From: Staphylothermus marinus F1
Lineage (GTDB): Archaea > Thermoproteota > Thermoprotei_A > Sulfolobales > Desulfurococcaceae
Assembly: GCF_000015945.1 (NCBI RefSeq)
Contig: NC_009033.1
Coordinates: forward strand, 150,001-182,000
Direction of reading: 5' to 3'
Length of the DNA: 32,000 nt
How positions within the stretch are numbered: position 1 is the first letter of the stretch; the number at the start of each line of letters is the position of its first letter. The position numbers and the translations under genes are program-made. This document shows positions 1 to 8,233 of the stretch, piece after piece. The notes under the pieces are model-generated. The model was not told the origin of the DNA, searched no databases, and saw nothing but the letters and a program-made list of their open reading frames with translations.

Positions 1-1
1 A

Positions 2-1432
2 GAGCACCAGGCAAATAAGGGTAGAGCCACAGGCTTCGCTGGTTTAGAGGAAATTAAGAGACTCAGAAAGCTTTCCAATGAAGGTATTATTAGAGTTGAA
101 ATAAGCGGTGATAAACCTAAAACAATCGATATTAAAAATCTCGGATCTGAAGCGATCGATGCAATGATTAGAGATTATGCTTATGAGCTTGGTGCAACAC
201 TTATAACAGGTGATAAGGTCCAAGCTGAAGTTGCTGAAACCATGGGTATACCAGTAATTTTTATTCAACCAACTATTGAGACCCGTTTAATTCTAGAAGA
301 ATTCTTCGACAGTATAACTATGAGCGTTCATTTAAAAGAAGGTGTTCCGCCTATCGCTAAGAAGGGGAGGCCTGGTGATTGGGTATATGAGACTATTCGT
401 GATAAACCATTAACTCGTAGGGACTTAGAGGAGATTGCTAATAATATCATTGAACAGGCGAAGAGCAGACCTGACGGATTTATAGAGATTGATCGTTTTG
501 GCTCAACTATAGTACAACTAGGAACATATAGGATTATTATTACGCGTCCACCACTAAGTGATGGATGGGAGATAACAGCTGTTCGTCCACTTAAAAAACT
601 TAGCTTAGAAGACTATAATTTACCTGCAAAACTTATTCAGAGGCTAAATGAGAGAGCTGAAGGAATACTTATAGCTGGAGCCCCTGGAATGGGTAAGACA
701 ACGTTTGCACAAGCGCTCGCAGAATACTATATGAGGCAAGGAAAAGTCGTTAAAACAATAGAGTCACCTCGAGACATGAATCTTCCCCCAGAGATTACTC
801 AGTATAGTAAAAACTATGCTGATCTAGGAGAACTACATGATATACTCCTCCTATCAAGACCGGATTATACAGTATTCGATGAGATGCGTAGTGATGAAGA
901 CTTCAAGCTATATGCAGATCTAAGACTTGCAGGTATAGGAATGATCGGAGTAGTACATGCGACAACACCTATAGATGCTATACAGAGGTTTATTGGAAGA
1001 GTAGAACTAGGAATGATTCCAAGCCTAATAGATACTGTTATATTCATTAAGAACGGCTACGTAGATAAAGTATACGAGGTAAGGATGACAGTAAAATTAC
1101 CTACAGGATTAAAAGAAGCTGAACTAAGTAGACCGGTTGTTGAGGTAAGAGACTTCTTAACAGATGAGCTAGAATATGAAATATATACTTTTGGCGAACA
1201 AACAGTAGTTGTCCCGGTCAAGAGATTCTATGAAAGAGCAGGATTAGGGTTGCTTGATAGATTGGCTCGCAGAGTACAACAAATGCTTCCAGGAGCCGAG
1301 ATTAGAGTGGAAAACAATAGCATCTTAGTAATTATTCCGAGAAACCTTATTAAAACCTATAATAAAAAGATAAGAAGACTTAGAAAAATCGAGGATCGAT
1401 ATAATGTGCCGATAAGAGTAAGAATAGCATAA
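2..1432 (+). CDS. PIN-domain / PilT-family ATPase with C-terminal KH-like tail (COG1855-type), 5' end outside window
   Basis: The frame is open from base 2 (EHQANKGRATGFAGLEEIKRL... precedes the first Met at 164), so the gene starts upstream of the window. Walker A GAPGMGKTT sits in a PilT-like core. The N-terminal fragment (ITGDKVQAEVAETMGIPV) looks like the end of a PIN domain. The C-terminal ILVIIPRNLIKTYNKKIRRLRKIEDRYNVPIRVRI looks like a KH-type RNA-binding tail. Confidence 0.7.
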   Translation, partial: EHQANKGRATGFAGLEEIKRLRKLSNEGIIRVEISGDKPKTIDIKNLGSEAIDAMIRDYAYELGATLITGDKVQAEVAETMGIPVIFIQPTIETRLILEEFFDSITMSVHLKEGVPPIAKKGRPGDWVYETIRDKPLTRRDLEEIANNIIEQAKSRPDGFIEIDRFGSTIVQLGTYRIIITRPPLSDGWEITAVRPLKKLSLEDYNLPAKLIQRLNERAEGILIAGAPGMGKTTFAQALAEYYMRQGKVVKTIESPRDMNLPPEITQYSKNYADLGELHDILLLSRPDYTVFDEMRSDEDFKLYADLRLAGIGMIGVVHATTPIDAIQRFIGRVELGMIPSLIDTVIFIKNGYVDKVYEVRMTVKLPTGLKEAELSRPVVEVRDFLTDELEYEIYTFGEQTVVVPVKRFYERAGLGLLDRLARRVQQMLPGAEIRVENNSILVIIPRNLIKTYNKKIRRLRKIEDRYNVPIRVRIA

Positions 1433-1573
1433 CATAAATAAGGCTCTATTCATACTAGGAAACTTATTACTTTCTCATATGTTCTGCTATTTTTCCTTAG
1501 ATTATAGAATAAAAGTTATTTATATTAAAAACTTAAAGATTATATGTATCCTTACCCAAATTGGTGGTCCTGT

Positions 1574-3447
1574 ATGTCTGGTGTAACCGGCGGGGTATTA
1601 ATTATAATAGGTCTAATACTATATGTAATATTCTATTATACTCATGGAAAATATCTCGAGAAAAAAAAATAGTTCAAGCCGATCCCAATCGTGAAACTCC
1701 TGCTAAGAGATTATATGATGGAGTAGACTATGTTCCCGCCAATAAATATGTATTGTATGGCCACCACTTCGCATCAATAGCTGGTGCAGGACCAATAGTG
1801 GGGCCTGCCATAGCCCTTGGCTGGGGATGGTTGCCCTCAATATTATGGGTATGGTTTGGCAACGTCTTTGTAGGAGTGGTACATGACTACTTAGCGTTGA
1901 TGTCTAGTGTTAGGTATGATGGAAGAACAATTGGATGGATTGCCGGCAGGCTTATGGGTAGGAAAGCTACGTATGTCTTTAATGCATATATATGGTTCTC
2001 ACTACTACTCGTAGTTGCAGCATTCGGATATGTTATTTCAGTATTGTTTGCTGGCGTGCCTGGAGCCGGTGTTTCAGCATTACTGTTATTGTTCTTCGCA
2101 GTTATTATAGGGTTTTTAATGTATAAGACCAAACTAAGCTTTACTGGAGCAACTGTTATTGCCTGGATACTGATAATACTCGCTATATATCTCGGTGTAA
2201 TCAGTCAATTAAATAATTGGATCGCCTTAGACATGTATTCTTGGCTAATTATTTTATTAATATACATAATTATAGCGGCCTCTCTGCCTGTATGGGTGTT
2301 GCTACAACCCCGAGACTATATGAATGCATATATTCTATGGGTTAGTTTAGCTATTGGAGGAGGCGCTTTAATATGGTTGCTCGTTAAGGGTCAGGGATTA
2401 CTAGAATTCCCAGCATACACTAGCTTTTCAGCAACAGTTGTAGGTGGGCAGCCTTCTCCGTTTTGGCCAACTGTTCCACTAGTAATTGCTTGCGGGGCTT
2501 TATCCGGTTTTCACAGCCTAGTAGGGAGTGGTACAAGCAGTAAGCAGTTGGCTAATGAATTACATGGATTACTTGTAGCATATGGTGGTATGGAAACAGA
2601 AGGCTTCTTATCAACTATGGTAATAGGCTCTATGAGTGCATTTGGCGGAGCAGCATTTGTAGACGGTATTATTGGAAGTTGGAGCAAGGTCAGCAGTATG
2701 GTTAACAAAATAGCTACTCATTTAGGAATGTCTCCTATAAGTGAACCTACAAGGCAAAATCTACAATTGCTCGTGAATAACTTTATTCATAACCCCAGTG
2801 TCTTCGGAAAATTCTATGCAGGCTTAGCAAACGCTGTTAAATGGTCTGTTATCCCCCGTAGCTATGCATACGCTACCAATGCAGCCTTCGGATTAGACTT
2901 AACAGTTATGACGATCTTTGGAACACTTTGGATCACGGGCTTCGCTCTAACGAGTCTAGACACAGCTACAAGGCTTGGTAGATACGCATGGCAGGAATTA
3001 ATGGAACCACTAAAAGAAGGGGCTCGTTCGCTCTACAAAGTATTAGCAAATAAGTGGGTTGCATCAGCAATCATTGCATTGCTCGGCATATTGTTAGCAT
3101 GGGGTGGGTCATTCCTATTATTATGGCCTGCGTTCGCTGGCATGAACCAGTTGCTTAGCAGCCTAGCACTCATGACAGTGTCCGTATGGGTTGCTAAAAT
3201 ACAGAAATCAAGTATTACTGGGAAAGCATTGGTTGTAGCACCAGCTATATTTATGTGGATTACTGTGACAACAGCCCTTCTATGGTTTGAGGCCGCAGTA
3301 ATACCTAGCTGGGTATCGCAAGGCGGGGTTAAGGCTACAACTGGCATAACTGTAGGAATTATTACTGCTATTGGTGTGGCACTAAATATCTACCTCTTCA
3401 TACTATGGTTAAAAACTATGAAGAAAAAGACTATCGAAGAAGGCTAA
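1574..3447 (+). CDS. cstA: carbon starvation protein CstA (peptide/pyruvate transporter family), interrupted by a frameshift in an A9 run
   Basis: CstA signature YGHHFASIAGAGPIVGP and DPNRETPA...DGVDYVP, with many TM segments. ATG at 1574 (frame 2) encodes MSGVTGGVLIIIGLILYVIFYYTHGKYLEKKK and then hits TAG at 1670. The body continues in frame 1 as IVQADPNRETPAKR... The track ORF N-terminus (MVVLYVWCNRRGINYN...) is the wrong frame read through. Confidence 0.85.
1661..1669 (+). other. A9 homopolymer at the cstA frame junction (candidate -1 slippery site, transcriptional slippage site or sequencing error)
   Basis: The sequence is ctcgag-aaaaaaaaa-tagttcaa. The zero frame reads GAG AAA AAA AAA TAG. 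A -1 slip on the A run gives ...EKKK-IVQADPNR in the CstA body frame. Confidence 0.6.
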
Positions 3448-3479
3448 CTATATAAGTAAAACTTTAAAGAAACAAAACC

Positions 3480-3485
3480 TTTTTT
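3480..3485 (+). terminator. oligo-T tract downstream of cstA
   Basis: T6 run (cc-tttttt-cc) lies 33 nt after the cstA stop. Archaeal RNA polymerase terminates at oligo-T tracts. Confidence 0.3.
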
Positions 3486-3529
3486 CCTACCTAATCTATT
3501 CTATTTTATGAATTAGGTGAAGAACTAAT

Positions 3530-3808
3530 ATGAATAAGGAGAGAAGAACACTGAAAAAGTTTTCAGATATCATTAGAGGAGTATTTGCTGGTCGTTCAGT
3601 TGAATATGTTGCTACAGAACTAAGAGAGTTAGAGAATATTTTTGCATTATTAATACTTGGATCATTTATAGGATTACCAAGCCCTCCATCAACAATTTCT
3701 ATTAGACTACTCCCCCATATGGGTAGGGAACTTCTTATTATGACGAGAATTAGTGAAAGACTCGATGATATGCTCGGAGAAATGGCTGGTTTATTTGATA
3801 TAACTTGA
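3530..3808 (+). CDS. small hypothetical protein with one hydrophobic segment, first gene of the ArsA-like operon
   Basis: ATG is preceded by aggtga 8-10 nt upstream. The 92 aa product has a hydrophobic stretch IFALLILGSFIGLP. The gene ends 10 nt before the ArsA-like start. I recognise no family. Confidence 0.5.
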   Translation: MNKERRTLKKFSDIIRGVFAGRSVEYVATELRELENIFALLILGSFIGLPSPPSTISIRLLPHMGRELLIMTRISERLDDMLGEMAGLFDIT

Positions 3809-3818
3809 GGTCTTTAAA

Positions 3819-4808
3819 ATGAAGAAGAACTATATTATCAGATTCTTTATTGGTAAGGGAGGAGTTGGTAAAACAACCATTTCATCTCTCTATGCCTTAA
3901 AGATGTCAATGAAGGGACTAAAAACATACATAGTAAGTCTTGATCCCGCTCACAACTTAGGAGACGTATTAGATGTAAAGCTGGGAGACGAGCCTATAAA
4001 AATAAGTGAAAACCTATGGGCCATCGAAGTAGACTATGATGCTATGATTAATAAGCATCTAAAAGAGCTTAGTGACAGGATTAAAGACATATATGGTTAT
4101 TTAAAAATATTCAATTTAGATAAATATGTTGATGTATTAAAACATAGTCCAGGTATTGAAGAACAAGCTTCTCTGGAAAAGATTATAGAGATAATTAGGA
4201 ATTATGGAGAAAAAGGCAAGGCCGACGTAATAGTATTCGATACTCCACCCACTGGATTAATGTTGAGAATAATGGCTCTACCAACGATAAGCATTATATG
4301 GATTAAAAAACTATTAGAGCTTAGAATAGCAATCCTTGAGCGTAGAAAAGCGTTGACTAAGATAACTGGTGAAAAACTCGAAGTCACTCTAGCCGGTAGA
4401 AAAGTAAGCGTACCGGTTGAGGCAAAAGAGGATCCAATATATAATGAATTAATAAGACTACTGGATGAGTATTCATGGATTAATAATATCCTAACTGATC
4501 AATCTAAAACATACGTGGCGTTGATCATTAATCCAGAACTACTATCTGTTCTAGAGGCGTATAGAGCATATGAATTCCTAAATAAATTAGGAATAACTAC
4601 TAAATATATCATTGCTAACAAAGTTTTAAGAATAAAGAAGATTCCCGAAGAGTTAGAACCAAAATTGAGGGATCAAGAAAAAGCACTAAGTTTAGCACAA
4701 AACAAGTTTCCCAGCGAAAAATTTGTTGAAATACCATATTTTCCAAGAGAACCCAGAGGTCTAGAGGAATTAAGAAATAAAATAAAATATGTGGAGTTGA
4801 TAGAGTAA
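3819..4808 (+). CDS. ArsA/Get3-family (deviant Walker A, SIMIBI class) ATPase, single-domain
   Basis: Deviant P-loop GKGGVGKTT, DPAHNLGD (ArsA/Get3 DPAHS/N motif), and switch II-like IVFDTPPTGLMLRIMALP. The length of 329 aa is typical of single-domain Get3-like proteins. There are no cysteines, so there is no CXXC zinc clasp. Confidence 0.85.
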   Translation: MKKNYIIRFFIGKGGVGKTTISSLYALKMSMKGLKTYIVSLDPAHNLGDVLDVKLGDEPIKISENLWAIEVDYDAMINKHLKELSDRIKDIYGYLKIFNLDKYVDVLKHSPGIEEQASLEKIIEIIRNYGEKGKADVIVFDTPPTGLMLRIMALPTISIIWIKKLLELRIAILERRKALTKITGEKLEVTLAGRKVSVPVEAKEDPIYNELIRLLDEYSWINNILTDQSKTYVALIINPELLSVLEAYRAYEFLNKLGITTKYIIANKVLRIKKIPEELEPKLRDQEKALSLAQNKFPSEKFVEIPYFPREPRGLEELRNKIKYVELIE

Positions 4809-5452
4809 TGGATATTTATCTCTTGCTGTTCTTACTACTTGTCTTCCTGGCTGGAGCAGCTGTTACACAGTTTTATAGGGGTAGAAGAAAGAATCTATTA
4901 ATATTGGAAAGGAGTATTAAGATACTCGAAAAAGTATTTAAACCTATTGATAAAAACTATACAATCATTGGCTTATATGTAGGATATGATGCTACATATA
5001 AAGTAAGCATAAAAGATATTAGGAATATACAGATTGTCACTATACTTTTTCCCAGACATAGCCTGCTTTATTCACCTATTGCTAGACTAACAACTAGATA
5101 CGATAAAATATTCATGGTTATCAATTATTCTAAAGACAAAAACTTTCCCGGGGAATCACACGTAGTGAGGAAAGGGTATTATCGTTTAGGAGTAAAACAT
5201 AGTATTCATGGGATCGAGAAGATGAGAGTGGAAAACATAAAGATCGGGGGCAAAAATTACTATCTAATTTATACTCATCGTTCATTACTTGAGAAATTAT
5301 TGAATTTTATTAAAGGCCTTGAAAATCCATTAATTATTGATCATGTTGCTATAGTTCCTAAAATGAAAAGACTATATCTGGCAGCCAGATTAGACCTCGC
5401 TAACTTAGAGGATTTATCTGGGAAGTTCTTAGAGCTCGCTAAAAGCTTCTAA
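4808..5452 (+). CDS. hypothetical N-terminally membrane-anchored protein, translationally coupled to the ArsA-like gene
   Basis: The ATG overlaps the ArsA-like stop (TAATG at 4806-4810). The N-terminal TM MDIYLLLFLLLVFLAGAAVTQFY is followed by RGRRK and a ~190 aa soluble domain of no family I recognise. Confidence 0.6.
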   Translation: MDIYLLLFLLLVFLAGAAVTQFYRGRRKNLLILERSIKILEKVFKPIDKNYTIIGLYVGYDATYKVSIKDIRNIQIVTILFPRHSLLYSPIARLTTRYDKIFMVINYSKDKNFPGESHVVRKGYYRLGVKHSIHGIEKMRVENIKIGGKNYYLIYTHRSLLEKLLNFIKGLENPLIIDHVAIVPKMKRLYLAARLDLANLEDLSGKFLELAKSF

Positions 5453-5889
5453 ATATATTCGTCGATTTTCTTATTCCCTTGGACAAATGATACTAAATCG
5501 CCTAGTTTAAATGATTTAACCAACATGTTCGGTGATACCTTAAAGTTTCCTGACGCTGTCTTCTCTAATTTATTTACTTCTATGAATCGCCAACCAGATT
5601 CTCCAATTATTTTTATAGCTATAAATCCGTAACCCCCAGCTCTTTTAACAAAAACTAATAGTTTTTTAACTTGATGCTTAGGTATATATATTGTTTTCTT
5701 TTTCTCGGCTGTTTTAACCTCAAATGCTAGAACAATATTATTTTTTATCGCTACAATATCTGGAACAGCAAATCTCCTAGCTTTAGCTCCACTAGCAGGT
5801 GCTCTTATTACAGCAAATCCTCTACGCCACAGTTTTAGTAACAGATCTCTTTCATGTGCAAATCCTCTACGCCTATTTAAGTTGGGCAA
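5449..5889 (-). CDS. hjc: Holliday junction resolvase Hjc (archaeal type II restriction-endonuclease-fold resolvase)
   Basis: RRGFAHERDLLLKLWRRGFAVIRAPASGAKARRFAVPDIVAIKNNIVLAFEVKT matches the Hjc pattern (G-x-x-x-E-R ... GFAV-x-RAPASG ... PD-I-x-A ... E-V-K). TTG start with no upstream in-frame ATG. Confidence 0.85.
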   Translation of the reverse strand: MPNLNRRRGFAHERDLLLKLWRRGFAVIRAPASGAKARRFAVPDIVAIKNNIVLAFEVKTAEKKKTIYIPKHQVKKLLVFVKRAGGYGFIAIKIIGESGWRFIEVNKLEKTASGNFKVSPNMLVKSFKLGDLVSFVQGNKKIDEYI

Positions 5890-5978
5890 TTATGTTCCCT
5901 CTTCTTATTTTTATTAGTTGGCGTAATAATTATTTGTCATTGCTAACTAATATTTTATCCAAGGAAGGTGGTGTAGAT

Positions 5979-8150
5979 ATGAAGTTTAATGCAGGGATCT
6001 TATTCGTATTAATAGTTCTATCGGTAACCTCGGCTATTACTATAGTTCCAACTAATACGTCCGGCATAATAGAGACACCAACACCTCTACCAGAGCTTGA
6101 ATCACTAGCTCCAAGCGAGGGGTTCCCAACCGAGAATATTGGTCCAGGTAAACCAGCAATAGTGTTTCCTGGCGACAGCTTCACGGTCATTTTCAAACAA
6201 GACTATGCTCCACAGACAATTACTGGCGGCTACATATATACTGTGAAGCTTGAGGGAGCACAATTAGTCTTATATAATTATACAGTACAAGTTAGTGGTA
6301 GTGGCGTCAACTATACTGTACAAGTTCCAAGTAACGTTGCCGGAGGATTATATGATTTAGTATTATATGGTGACAAAGAATACTTTATCCCCAGAAGTGT
6401 ATGGGTAATAACTAATTTAACAGATGTCTTAAAAGTTGTTCACATCTCCGACTTGCATTTTGGAACAGGTTATCCAGATGAGCTTCATGGAAGCTATAAG
6501 AGATTTACAGGAATGTTAATGGCGCAACTACTATCTCCAGACCTAGTAATTAATACTGGAGATGAAGCCGATACTGCATCGTATAAACAATATATTCAAT
6601 CAGTATCTTATAGATACGCGTTCCTCTACCCATATCCTGTTCTATTAAATCCTGGAAACCATGATTGGCCTAATGACAACTATATAAAGTTCTATGGCTC
6701 AACTACTTGGTACAGAGTTATAGGCAATAAAATATTAGTAGTAGCACTAAATACCCGTGGTGATCAAGGATATCCTGATTGGAGCCAATTAAAATGGCTA
6801 ACAAATATTCTAGAAGAATACAAGAATATTCCCATCAAAATTATCCAGTTCCATCACCCAGTATTCTACTGGCAGGGAGAATTATGGATAACATATAATT
6901 CATCAATAATAGCTGACCCACACAAATACAGTAGCTCGCCGGTAAGCTATTATTGGGGAGGCAACCTCACTGCTACAAGGTATTTCTTGAAGCTATGTGA
7001 GGACTATAACATATCACTTGTCTTAGCAGGCCATATACACCGTGACCAATTCGTAGTATTCCATAGTATTAGAACTAATACCACAACCTACTTTATAACA
7101 ACAACAACCCTTGCTCACAGTACAGGGACCTATGATGGACTACAATACTTCAACATTAATCTTACCAAATTCAACCTTACATTCCCATATGCCCCACCAT
7201 GGTTTGTAGGATTCAAAAACTATTCAAGAACTAAAGTCTATAATTCAATACCGAATTGGCCACCATACTATCAAGGCATGTTTGTAGAATCATCCAATGC
7301 ATATGTGTTTGAGGTAAGCAATTACATACCAAACCTTAACCTGAATGGAAACGTAATATTTGCACTGCCGTGGTCCGGAAACTTAGTAGGAGTTAAGACT
7401 CTCGAAAGCGAGAATATGGCTAATGTTGAGCTATTAGATTATAAAATCATAAATGGTATTGCCTATGTAGCATTACATGTTGAACTACCAATCAATTCAA
7501 CATTGGGATTCGCAATATACAACTATGAAGATACAACACCGCCGGAGATAACACTTAAACTATCTATTCCGGAAACACCCACTCTAAACGTGGTGAATAC
7601 ATTCTACTTCGAAATCAAGGATATTGGTTGGGGGGTTAAAGATATACATGCAACAATAATATATAACGGCGAAGAATTCCCACAAACACTAGAATACTAT
7701 TCACAAGATACATACAGGTTAAAACTAAAGTTTACAGGTGAAGAACCATTAACAGTAACATTAATAATTAATGCAACAGACTATGCCGGCAATACCGCAG
7801 AAAAATCCTTCAATATAACGTTTTACCCACAAGGATATACACCAACAACCACAACAACCACAACACCGCCAACTATCACGACTACTACGACTACCACAAC
7901 CACCACAACAACATCGCCAACTATAACAACACCGCCATCAACTACTACAACAACGACTACCACGACAACATTTCCAACAACGACCACAACCACTACAACA
8001 ACCCCACCCGCAACAACAGGATCACCAACTACTACAACTCCACCGCCAACTACAGGACAGGCACAAGCAAATTATACTGGCGTCATTGTAGGAGTTATTG
8101 TTGCAATAATAGTAATTGCCATATTAATTGTATGGATGAGGAGAAAATGA
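5979..8150 (+). CDS. secreted calcineurin-like metallophosphoesterase with Thr/Pro-rich stalk and C-terminal TM anchor
   Basis: ATG at 5979 is preceded by ggaaggtggtg and encodes signal peptide MKFNAGILFVLIVLSVTSAITIV. Phosphoesterase motifs are VVHISDLHFG, NTGDEAD, NPGNHD and LAGHIHRD. The Thr-rich tract is at 7839-8054. The C-terminus is VIVGVIVAIIVIAILIVWMRRK. The 5799 start in the ORF track overlaps hjc on the other strand and is not credible. Confidence 0.8.
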   Translation: MKFNAGILFVLIVLSVTSAITIVPTNTSGIIETPTPLPELESLAPSEGFPTENIGPGKPAIVFPGDSFTVIFKQDYAPQTITGGYIYTVKLEGAQLVLYNYTVQVSGSGVNYTVQVPSNVAGGLYDLVLYGDKEYFIPRSVWVITNLTDVLKVVHISDLHFGTGYPDELHGSYKRFTGMLMAQLLSPDLVINTGDEADTASYKQYIQSVSYRYAFLYPYPVLLNPGNHDWPNDNYIKFYGSTTWYRVIGNKILVVALNTRGDQGYPDWSQLKWLTNILEEYKNIPIKIIQFHHPVFYWQGELWITYNSSIIADPHKYSSSPVSYYWGGNLTATRYFLKLCEDYNISLVLAGHIHRDQFVVFHSIRTNTTTYFITTTTLAHSTGTYDGLQYFNINLTKFNLTFPYAPPWFVGFKNYSRTKVYNSIPNWPPYYQGMFVESSNAYVFEVSNYIPNLNLNGNVIFALPWSGNLVGVKTLESENMANVELLDYKIINGIAYVALHVELPINSTLGFAIYNYEDTTPPEITLKLSIPETPTLNVVNTFYFEIKDIGWGVKDIHATIIYNGEEFPQTLEYYSQDTYRLKLKFTGEEPLTVTLIINATDYAGNTAEKSFNITFYPQGYTPTTTTTTTPPTITTTTTTTTTTTTSPTITTPPSTTTTTTTTTTFPTTTTTTTTTPPATTGSPTTTTPPPTTGQAQANYTGVIVGVIVAIIVIAILIVWMRRK
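7839..8054 (+). repeat. imperfect ACN (Thr) / CCN (Pro) codon tract encoding the stalk of the metallophosphoesterase
   Basis: The translation is TPTTTTTTTPPTITTTTTTTTTTTTSPTITTPPSTTTTTTTTTTFPTTTTTTTTTPPATTGSPTTTTPPPTT. All four ACN Thr codons are mixed. Confidence 0.9.
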
Positions 8151-8233
8151 ATAATATTATAGAACAAAATAATGATTTTTAAGAAAAAAATAAAATATTT
8201 TTTTAAATAATTCATTTCTTATCTAGGTCTAGT
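8151..8233. terminator. convergent intergenic region with oligo-T tracts on both strands
   Basis: It lies between two convergent stop codons. It contains T5 and T7 runs on the plus strand (gatttttaag, atatttttttaaa) and an A7 run (T7 on the minus strand). Confidence 0.35.

Noticed and set aside
1561-1665. ORF-track N-terminus of cstA (MVVLYVWCNRRGINYNRSNTICNILLYSWKISREKK)
   Set aside because: It is not TM-like and is unlike CstA. The adjacent frame from ATG 1574 encodes a proper CstA N-terminal helix, so this stretch is out-of-frame read-through upstream of the A9 junction.
3819-4808. ArsA-like ATPase as part of an arsenic resistance operon
   Set aside because: There is no adjacent arsB, arsC, arsD or arsR. 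The ATPase is single-domain and lacks the metalloid-binding cysteines. The ArsB/NhaD-type permease at 31498 is 27 kb away and paired with a USP gene.
5799-5978. 60-codon N-terminal extension of the metallophosphoesterase ORF
   Set aside because: It overlaps the hjc coding region on the opposite strand and encodes low-quality sequence. The ATG at 5979 has a ggaggtg-like site upstream and begins a clean signal peptide.
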